From NCBI GenBank assembly GCA_013115145.1, contig JAAPAO010000343.1:1-37653 (forward strand): 37,653 nucleotides of DNA, given 5' to 3'. Under the pieces are notes generated by a model that did not search any database, was not told the DNA's origin, and was given only the letters and a program-made list of their open reading frames with translations. How positions within the stretch are numbered: position 1 is the stretch's first letter; each line of letters opens with the position of its first letter. A program made the translations under genes and the position numbers. Shown piece after piece: positions 1-9,383 of this stretch. This stretch comes from Perkinsus chesapeaki ATCC PRA-425. Its lineage: Eukaryota > Protista > Perkinsozoa.

Positions 1-936
1 GGAGTTGATCTAGGGTTACAGGGTGATGGGGTAGGCTCCATTCCTCCAAGATGTTGTCGAACTCCTTCAGGTTGGCGGTTCTTTCTAGGGAAGGGAACAA
101 ACTCGACCTGAGAGATAGGTCTTTTGCAAAGGTGGGAAACTTCTGCAGGGACGCCATGAGTTTATCTCGGCGTATATACCAGGTTAGGGATCCTGCCTGG
201 TTGCTCTGTGACTCGGCGAACAGTCTTCTTTCTGCTGCGCAGAATAAGGACCAGAATTCGAAACGATGAGTCTCGAGATTGACCCAGCGTGATAGATATG
301 TGGAGGCATCAGATGGTAGGAACTCTGCTTCAAGTGCATTAAGTATAAGCTCAAAGACGTCTCCGCAATCTCGGAGCCATTCCTTTAGGCTAATCGTCAT
401 GGCGGCTTTTTGGCCTCAGTGCAGTCCTCGAGGGAGATGTCGATCTTCGTCCACGCTGTTAACAACTCCTTATTGGCCAGGCATGTCTCGAATGCATGTA
501 GCGCCTGGTCCAAGATAGCTATCCTCAGTGGATATGATAGTTTTGCAAGTGACATTTTGTGTAGAAGTCTAGTGAAGTATGCTTCAGACCACTGTTCTCC
601 AGAGAAACCCCATTCCTTAAGCCATGTTTTGACGTCCAAGGCCAGCGTCTTGCCCCTAGTGGATGTCAGGGTTAGCCCGGCTACGTTATTATATAGGCCA
701 AATGTTCCCAAACCAAGTAAGATGAGACAAGCCGTGGTCGGTTGCCTAAGCTTTCTGAGCTCTGCTTCGGAGAGGGCTGAGCTCCGTTGTTGAACATCAT
801 AATCACAGGTAGCGGTGTTGACCACTTGATTGAGAAAACGGTAGGATGATGCACCATTTGGTGGCCCTCCCTTAGCTGTCTCATACTCATACTCAGACGA
901 GGGTACGTCGGCGGTGATAGCATAACTCTTGTGCAT
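1..936 (-). mobile_element. Gag-like ORF of a probable LTR retrotransposon, frameshifted near 400-410 and truncated by the window edge
   Basis: Intronless 179-aa ORF 936-397. A second frame (AAMTISLKEWLRDCGDVFELILNALEAEFLPSDAS...) continues open from about 405 to position 1 after a shift at the A5 run in GAGGCCAAAAAGCC. The helical W..F..L..EF.P segment is gag-capsid-like. No pol or LTR/PBS was verified. Confidence 0.4.
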
Positions 937-1604
937 AATACAACACTCTTGTAATTGATGGATTAAGAATAGATGATAGTGATAGTAGTATTGAGTTGTT
1001 AATGGAGCTACAGTATGTACGTGCTCACATATCGAGGGATTAGTAAGAATTGATAAGATAGCAAGAGGCTACTCGTCGGGCGAGTACATTGGCAACTCAA
1101 CTGAATACTAGATTGTCCCTAAGCCCCTGGACCACATTACATCATCCATTGCTCCTTCACCCATATTATAAAAAGTGGTCGGCGGAGTCATTGGAAACAC
1201 TCGCAGCAGTACTCGGCGAGTACTACTCGCCTCATCGAGTCGGTCACATATCGCTCTGTAAGACATACCCATGACCTTACTAGATACCCAGTTTACTAGT
1301 CAGCCATTGTTCGATCGACCAATATTGAGGCTCTGATTTGAAGAATTATTTTAGCTGCAACTCCAATGCAGCATTAAAACGATGGCGTGTTAGGGGCGCC
1401 GGGAAGCACTCTCGGCACCTTTTACACAATGCCAACGCTTCGTCGAATCTATTTCAAATGGATTGCAGGCTAATTGACCACTTGCCGGATTCACGGTATG
1501 GTGAAACCGGCTAGTAAATAGGAGAATCAATTCTGCGTCTATATACTCTTCACCTTTGGCCATGCCGATGTCGTGCAGCGTTGAATCCACATTAGTTGTT
1601 TTCA

Positions 1605-4600
1605 ATGTTCAATAACCCGGGAGCTCCGTCCAAGCCTACCAATGCCGCAGCCCTGCAGGGCCGGAACCCACTCAAGAGCTTTGCTGATTCGATGACGAGA
1701 GCGACGGCTACACAGAGACCGGGATTGTCGGGTAATGGGAAGGCGCTGATGTTGTGGCATTTAACGTGTGACACAAAGTGAATGCATAGAATATCTCTGC
1801 CCGCAGGCCAAGGTTAATAGGAGTCTTAAATCCTCCTCTGATCAATCTGGTGCGGAGCTCCATCCTTTTACATTATTTTTTATGCTGACATGTCGATGTA
1901 GAGTTACTGCTGCGCTTTTCTGGCTCTACGCGGCCTAAAACAGTTGTTGCTCTTAATTATCAGTCTTAGTTATCTAACATACGCCACAACCGCTCCTTCA
2001 TGCGGCTCTCCTGCGCAGTACATTCGACAGTCTATTTTAAATAGGATCAGTCCTGGAATTCTTTCCCAGCTTTCGTTTTTGATGCAGTGGGAAGTTCTGC
2101 CCGGTCGTCGACGTCACATGCGGGGCTTGACCAACGGCTTGCTGGGCATATGGCTGGAGGACCAACGGCGGCGAGTATGGATAGCAGTTTTATGAATATA
2201 GATCAACCAATGATGGAGAGTAGTAAGGGTAGAAGAGCCGCCGTTTTGGATACTAAATAGGTTAACAGTTCGTCCACTAGGGCGGTGATGGGAATCATAG
2301 AGATGATGATCTCGGATTACACTTAGTTCGGGGAACCTCTTCACCTGCAAGATACGTCATAATGTATGACATACTTTTCACATATAAAATATTTAGTAAC
2401 CAATATATTTATACCATCGTTCCTGCTCATCAGCACCACAATGACCTTCTCTTTACTGTTTGGCATTCCACAGTATGTCTGCAATAGTTACTCCGCCCGG
2501 CCCCGGGAATTGGGCTCAAGAGTTCGATGGGTCGAAGATGAATCATGCCAGGTAGGCGACAGCTCTGAATGATGGTATTTGAGATACAGAATATCACTTT
2601 TTGATTCTAATTTCGTTTATTTGTATTTTCTATTTGTTTATATGATAACATTAACAGTTATATCAACCTATTATTCTGATAGGCAGATCGAGTATTGTAG
2701 TCTACATTAGTCTAATTGTATTTTATAGACTGTCGATCATTTATTATAATATATTAACTCATATCAGATAATAAATTATTAGGCCAACGGCTGCCCAAAG
2801 AGGGCCTAGAGAAGCTCCTACGGTTTCCATGCCACATCAGCAACAACAATTTCAGCACTCGATGCCACCTCAGGTAGATACCCTGGAGGAATTCATGAAG
2901 ATATTATTATTAGTTCTATCATACTGGAATGCCAGCAGCACCGATGTATCACCGACCGATGGTTCAGCAACCGATAGTAGCCTCGGAAAACAAACCAGCA
3001 GCTGATGTGAAGAGGGAGGGCGCTGTGGATATGGAGGCTGCGAAAAGAATGGTGGAGACGATGCGTAGGTTATCGGCAATGCTTTGAAGGTATTTAAAAT
3101 GTTCAGGGGCGTCGGGAAATGCTAAATTTGCAAATAGCCAGTTTGTGGATTTTGTCGATCAGATTGTCAAGGGAGATCTGCAGTTGTCGGATGATAAGGT
3201 AGTGCTTTGGGGTAAAGAGGGCAGCCGGGCGTGGTTGGTTATTGGAGTGTCAACAGTGCATACTTTATACCTTATGTTTACTTGTACTGGGAATGACAAC
3301 TCCGATAGCATCAACTCCACGCTTTTGCGATCGTTCCCCTTATAGAGGAGCACCCTTCGTTATACAGGGTGACTCCAAAAAAATATCTTTTGCATAACTT
3401 GTGAAATGTGTTTCATACCGGCCTGAGAGGCGCTCCCGTCGAAATCGAAATTGGCCAAATGTGACCTCTTCCATTGGGACCGATTTTCTGGGGAGTTTTG
3501 AAATTTAAATATCACGCCAACCACATTGAGTTTCATCATGAGTCGTGAACTACCATCAGAAGGTCGCTATCGAGAGCTTCCGAACGTTTCACGTGTCGTC
3601 GAAATATTTGCCTGCACGAAAAAGTTACGCCAGATAGGACATTTCTGGGTCACCCTGTAGCTGTAAGAATATTGTTCCAAAAGTTGGCCGGCAAGCTGTT
3701 TCATTTCCGAAGTCGCTTTACTGTGTTCGGATGGTTGTAGGTTTTGGATTCGACGGGTCAGCCCGTTGACTGGGAAGTTTTGTATGATGAGGCTGCGGCT
3801 GCTATGGCACATGCTGAGGAGATTGCTGAGGAGCAGGAAGAGATGAGTAGGAGAGGAGAGAACTCAGGAGTGTTTGGTAATGAGGCTTTAGGGGTGTATT
3901 GGGCATGGGTGCGTTTTGGTGGCGAAGTGAGAAAAATTCTTACAAAAAACCAATTAGGATAGGAAAAATTACGAGTATGGAAACTTCAATCACATCGACG
4001 AGTGCTTTCCGGTGAAATTTCAAAGGTTCAGATGTTAGTTGGGTTTGATGAGGTACTGTAATTTACTGCCTTAACGCTCTGTTCTGAGGGCTAAATACTC
4101 CTCAGGGCCTGGTTAAGTCCAGTGAGATTTCACCTATAACGAATTCCAGTCAGGGGTGCTTGTAGTAGTTTCAGTAAAGGACTGCTGTATTATCTATAAG
4201 TAGTATCACACCTATTACCTATTCTAGTACCAATTCCTTTATTACTGCGTTAACTAGTATCTCTAAGCCTTTGAGATGAGTATACAGCGTGTTGGATGGT
4301 CGCAGGTTCGATCCCTAGGCCAGCTATGAAATTTTTTTCGTCCTTAAACCTGCAAGATGCAATCAGTGCCTATTTCCCTGGAATTATCGTAGTAATATAT
4401 AGGATCGTGCTGGATAGTTCTTTCTCATGCACAGTGCCATTTCGGTAATGCCTCCGTGGCCTTTGTTTGGTTAAGGTTGGCTATTCTTCTTCTAGTAGGC
4501 CCTATGGATGATGTATGGCAGCAGTTGCAACAGGAAGGGTGGCTGCTACAGGAGGGATGGACGAGCGCTCGAGATACCTATGAGTTCATTTCTGAGAATC

Positions 4601-6824
4601 CGTAAGGGGAATTCGGTAGTGGACGATGGGACCACTTTTATATGGAGACCCGCCCTGAGGTGTCGCTTTCGTCGTCATTTTTATGATGGCTATGGCTAGG
4701 AGCTTGTTGTTTTGAAAAACAGAAGACCGTTTACAGGTACCTTGAGTCTAGCGAGTCACCGCTACAGTTGGCTTTGAGGCTGATGGCTGAAGGAAAGGAT
4801 AAAGAGGCAATGCTTGCGCTTGAGGCTGAGGTGATTAAGTGGCATATACGTATTGCATTTGTAACTCCATACCGCTCAAGTGGATCTGGCAGCTGTTTTT
4901 GCGTCCGGTTCAAATAGATTTTTTGTGATTGACCTCAAAGTGTGTAGGAATGTATTCTCCAGCCATAAGCATCATAGAGTACTTATTAGCAGCTAGTTAA
5001 TAGCGCATCTATTTTACTGCTTCGTTTCAATTCACATCGAACAAAACTCCGAAGATCGGGGCGGGAGAAAATTACAACTGGGAAGGCGCTGGCTTGGTAG
5101 AATATAATCTTTGTAGTCATGCGAAAATTGCGAAAATTTTTCCCCGGGTCGTCAGAGGTAAGCTCTCTCCGACGCTAGGCAAAGGGATGCCTGTATCTCA
5201 ACCCTGTTGTTCATTATATATAATTTGGTACCACAGAGCTACATATTGCCTTTTTTGTATATATATATTTATCATATCATCTTGCAGGTACAACAGCACC
5301 CTGATTCCTCTGAAGGCTGGCGTTTGCTAGGACTGATGCACGCTGCGAACGATATGGACGTTGAAGCTATAGTGAGAAAGATGGTAGCATATCTGCGGGC
5401 TTTGAAGTGTGATGTTTTCAGACGTGTTTGGAGAAAGGGCACGACGCTGATCCGTACAATACGGACAGTCTCCTGGCGTTGGGAGTGTCTCTGACTAATG
5501 AGCTTGATTCTTATAGAGCTTTGAAGATACTGAGGTGGGTCCAGGCCGTTTGATGCGATACAGGCGGAAATAGATTTGTGATTTGTATCGACATCGTGTC
5601 CGAGTGGTTAAGGAGCTGGACTTGAAATCCAATGGGCTCAGCCCGCGCAGGTTCGAATCCTGCCGATGTCGTTTTTCAGAATTTATTTTTTCACAGCCTC
5701 TGTTTCAGGGAATGGCTCCAAAACCACGAAACCTACCATGGACTAGTTCAAGCTAGCACCGTTGATCCCCAAATGCTCCTCGACTATGACTTTCTCAAAA
5801 AGGACGTGGGCGTTACTTGGCGCAATTCCGACACATGTGACACCTAGGTTGTTTCACTTTTGGAGAAGGCAACTCAGTCTCGACCACAAGACTCGGACGC
5901 GTTTATTGCCCTCGGCGTCGCCCACAACATTGATAGAAACTATTCAAAGGCAGTTGAGAGTTTTATAACTGCTGCAACACTCCGACCGGAGGACCCGAGT
6001 TTGTAGGAATTGGCGGACTAAGAGTCGGAGTTACTGTTGTACAGGTGGAACAAGCTTGGAGCTACCTTGGCGAACTCCGGACACTCTGAAGCATCTCTTG
6101 TGGCATATAATCAGGTAACGCGTATAGTGTATCTCGTTTCAAATTAAACAGTTTTGGACCTTCCGCGTGTATTATAAGTACTTCTGTATACACGAACGTC
6201 TCGGCTATGCGAATATGTTATTTTTGAGAGAGATTTTTCCCCCTCGAGCAGTGGCGTTTGGATCAAAAAGCCACCGCAGTCGTAAAAATGAAATGCCGAA
6301 TGAGACGTGGACGTGTTACCGCTCTCAAAGAAATAGCTGAGGCTGTGCATCTGGTTAGTATTACAAAAACGTCTAATAGGACATGCGTCCCATCCCACTG
6401 TCTTGGCAGGCCCTGAGCTTGAAGCCCAACTACGCCCGCGCCTGGTCAAATCTAGCGATAGCCCACTGCAATTTGAACCAGCATGAAGATGGCATAAGGC
6501 AAGTGCATGAGGTTTGTCCGCACGGTCACCAAGTGGTCTCGTAGGTTCTATTTGGCAGCACTAAAACTAAGTCCAAAGGCGGAACATTTGTGGACTCTTT
6601 TATTTAATGCGGTGAGTCGTAATGGCTACCAGCGACATTAACGGCTGTTTGTAGGTCGCGGCTTGGGCACCAGATAGAGACGAGCTGGGCGATATGGTTG
6701 ATCGGCATGATATGGCCGGGTTGAACGCGGCAGTTGGAGGGGGGGTAAGTTGATGGTAGCTGTAAAAGATAAGTGTCGAAGCGATGATAACGAACAGAGG
6801 AATGAGCTATAGGTTTCTATTTAA
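1605..6824 (+). CDS. PEX5: Peroxisomal targeting signal 1 receptor PEX5 (multi-exon; 5' end uncertain)
   Basis: Hand-spliced exons include 3107-3198, 4737-4830, 5288-5371, 5422-5534, 5709-5805, 5848-6002, 6045-6114, 6410-6498, 6545-6611 and 6655-6744. They give YEFISENPY...LALEAEVQQHPDSSEGWRLLG, LALGVSLTNE, LWNKLGATLANSG and ALSLKPNYARAWSNLAIAH, which is the PEX5 TPR signature. Also present are WxxxF/Y motifs (WAQEF about 2505, WEVLY about 3771), the KFANSQFVDFVDQIVKG box and an N-terminal NPLKSFAD motif (about 1665). Confidence 0.93.
3365..3657. mobile_element. Tc1/mariner-type MITE (293 bp) inside PEX5 intron 3199-3740
   Basis: Terminal inverted repeats CAGGGTGACTCC / GGGTCACCCTG, TA dinucleotide on both flanks (3363-64 and 3658-59), no coding capacity. 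Confidence 0.85.
4298..4338 (+). pseudogene. tRNA 3'-half relic (B-box) in a non-exonic part of PEX5
   Basis: GGTC-GCAGG-TTCGATC-CCTAG-GCCAGCT-A followed by T7 at 4332-4338. No D-arm or anticodon arm is recognisable upstream. Confidence 0.55.
5590..5671 (+). tRNA. tRNA-Ser(TGA), nested in PEX5 intron 5535-5708 (sense)
   Basis: 82 nt. Acceptor stem GACATCG/CGATGTC, anticodon loop CTTGAAA, long variable arm, T-loop TTCGAAT, G73, followed by TTTTT. Confidence 0.97.
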
Positions 6825-7428
6825 ATTGTTATCACGCAGGATGTCTAAGGCATCACTTTTCCGCTTCAACTTACCTACTGGCGTCATTACCGCTGTGATT
6901 TCGCAGAAGTGCGACCATTTAGGTGCCTGACGTGGAGAACCTTCCCGCACCGCAGCGCAATTTAGCGCAGGGTGTTGGTGACGTTGTTGCATCGTTGAGA
7001 GCTCAAATGAAGAGACCTCGGGATGAGAGCTGATTTGAGGCAAGTTGAGAACGATGTTGTAGTGTTTTGAAATTTTTATTGAGACCGTTTCTTTCATCAT
7101 CTTCATTGAGTTGGAGTACCTCGCGTCGTTCTGAGAATTCGGTCCATATGTCCGAAGGACTTCCACAGAGCCTGATCGGTTTTTAATATTCCCAGCGGTG
7201 TAGATGTCGCCTCGACCACTCTTCGAGGGTTTTATGGCTGCTCAATTGGGGGACCAGGCAAACACTGATTCGGGCGAAAGGCAAAACTTCATTGCTCAAA
7301 GGCGTTCGCCTTTGAGCATCAGCAGCTGGAGACACGGGGCCTACGGTTTCTGAGAACCTTTTTCCACCTTCCCCTCCCCCTCCGACAAGGCTCGACGGGC
7401 GAGTATAGAAGTTTAGAAAAATGAGCAC
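6807..7428 (-). CDS. Possible orphan gene, convergent with PEX5
   Basis: Two adjacent minus-strand ORFs (81 and 119 aa) fill the gap between PEX5 and the SEC20 upstream region. No recognisable motif. Confidence 0.2.
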
Positions 7429-7744
7429 GAGGACGCGCCGCCCGGGAAGCGGTTTTGAATTCCACTTGGGATTGCTGAGAAATTATTGCATTTCCTAGAG
7501 TGTTGAGTGGTGAAATCTTAGCCGATAAATAATAGGAAGCACAGCCGGAAGGATAGCACTTCCTCGATGAGGCTTGGGAGGAGAGTCACTGATGTTTGTT
7601 TATATAACTTTTGATATGCAGAATGTGTTTTTAGACGTACGCGCTCAAATCTTGAAGCTCCGAAATGGTATGTAGAACTTTAAGTCAATATCATAAATTT
7701 CTGTCATGACCGTTTCGTCACATCCTATCATTTTGACGTTGTCA

Positions 7745-7812
7745 ACTTGTACGTAAGTTGAATTCTGAGTCAGAATTCAACCTACGTACAAGTCAGGTCA
7801 GAATTTCTGACC
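7745..7812. repeat. Long palindrome (24-bp arms, 1 mismatch, 1-nt centre) plus an adjacent perfect 8-bp-arm palindrome
   Basis: ACTTGTACGTAAGTTGAATTCTGA-G-TCAGAATTCAACCTACGTACAAGT (7745-7793) and GGTCAGAA-T-TTCTGACC (7796-7812). Confidence 0.95.
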
Positions 7813-7866
7813 AAGTCCCGTTGTGCCGCAGTTGGGTTGTTAAGTAGAGGAAGCAGTTTTTACAGT

Positions 7867-8841
7867 ATGTCAAATTTGGCGTCGGATCGAGATAAGCTTT
7901 TTGCCGGTGGTGCTGCGGGGTCGGCAGGTAAACCAAAAGCAGACGATTCGGGTAACAGGGCAGCTGGAAGAGTGCTGCGAAGATCTGTACAACAGATGAG
8001 GGAAAATGTTCAGGTAGAGTTATGTGGTGGAACGATTATGTAGGGGTGATAAATTCCGGATGAATTGTGGATATAATCGTTAGATAGCCTGCGAATCTTC
8101 TGATCTGTATGTAATTAGCACTATAATGATAAGCAGGAAAGTGGTTCAGGCGAAAATTCGATAGTCGAAAGGTTCGACTTGAATCCCCAAAGGTTGGCTT
8201 AATATCCTCTGGAACATAACTGTTATGAAGTCCGTAGTTCAAATGCCTAACACTTCACGTATTAATATTACCGACGAGCCCAGAGTTGTGGCTCACTAAG
8301 AATCTTAACCGCTTCACAAAATCATATCATTTCGATTGTTCTTTCAATACGACGACTTTAATGCTGATTTTTGTAAGGGGATTTAGTGTCGCGAATTCAA
8401 TTTTTGGTTGCACTGTGGGATCTCGCTCGCCACCGCGTCTGTCGTTTTCAGCGTATGCGCGTGACTGAAGATGCATTGACAGAGTCGAGCGGTAAAATAA
8501 AGGATGTCAACGATGAATATGAGAACAACTACTCTGGAGCGTTGAAGACTGCCTCGGAGGCGATGACCAGTTTGAAGCGCCGAATTGATGCTGATGACAA
8601 ATATATTTGGTGGTCGTTTTTATTTTTCATTACTGTATGCGTTTTCATTATTCTTAAACGTTTAATGATATTCTCCCTCACAGGATGGCTTCTTCACATT
8701 ATAACCGAGTTGCTGTCTGTGGTGTATGATTATCTTGTTCAACCCTCCTACCGTGAAATTGTTCAGCCAGCTATTCTTTATTTTACGAACTCTAGTGAGG
8801 GCACTGTGGCCGATATCGGGTCGAGTGTAGATGAACTGTAG
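7867..8841 (+). CDS. SEC20: ER SNARE Sec20/BNIP1-like protein
   Basis: join(7867..8013,8452..8841). SNARE-like coil RSVQQMRENVQRMRVTEDALTESSGKIKDVNDEY, then a transmembrane segment (IWWSFLFFITVCVFIILKRL) and C-terminal VDEL. Confidence 0.75.
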
Positions 8842-8919
8842 CATTATTGAGTTGCTGTTTTGTTATCAATTGAATCGGATCTTGGGCTTGCTCATATTCG
8901 TCGGGAAGTTCTAGCCGTT

Positions 8920-9219
8920 TCACGCGAATCTTAGCTTGATGCTAGGTTTCAAGCTTACCTGCCTTTTTTCGAGAAAAATAAAATTCGTCGTTTTAAAAGT
9001 GAATACCACGCTAAGAGAATCCTTCATCGTCGTATTCACTTTCGCATCCCGGTCTACCAGGATAGAGCACCCAGTAGATAGGGTTCGGCACCACTCGGAA
9101 TCAGTAGCTCCTCCACGCGAGAAATTGTAGAGGAGCTTCAAATGTTCTCGGAGGCCTGCACTTGGTCTTTTTTCTGCTTCAGGGACAAAATTTTCTGATT
9201 TCCCCTCCACTAGGAACAC
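8920..9219 (-). CDS. Possible orphan exon
   Basis: 99-codon open frame ending at a strong donor (CAG|GTAAGC), head-to-head with the gene at 9384. No homology recognised. Confidence 0.2.
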   Translation of the reverse strand: MFLVEGKSENFVPEAEKRPSAGLREHLKLLYNFSRGGATDSEWCRTLSTGCSILVDRDAKVNTTMKDSLSVVFTFKTTNFIFLEKRQVSLKPSIKLRFA

Positions 9220-9383
9220 TTTCCTGATCCTCGAGAACTCGTTTCCGTGATGCTAAATGGATCCTAACGCCATACTGGTGGCGCTCCACGGGCTTTAGTT
9301 TGTCTCTTATCCGAGAAGGTAACCCTAAGATATTTTTCTCATCGCAGCGATACGCAATTACGTTGTATCAAGCCCCTTTTAAG

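Noticed and set aside
5620-5627. tRNA with TGA as a selenocysteine or stop-suppressor tRNA
   Set aside because: The anticodon is TGA, which reads the Ser codon TCA. tRNA-Sec would have anticodon TCA and a longer acceptor arm.
8046-8103. Possible C/D snoRNA in the SEC20 intron (GTGATAA...CTGA)
   Set aside because: Non-canonical C box, no terminal stem and no recognisable guide sequence.
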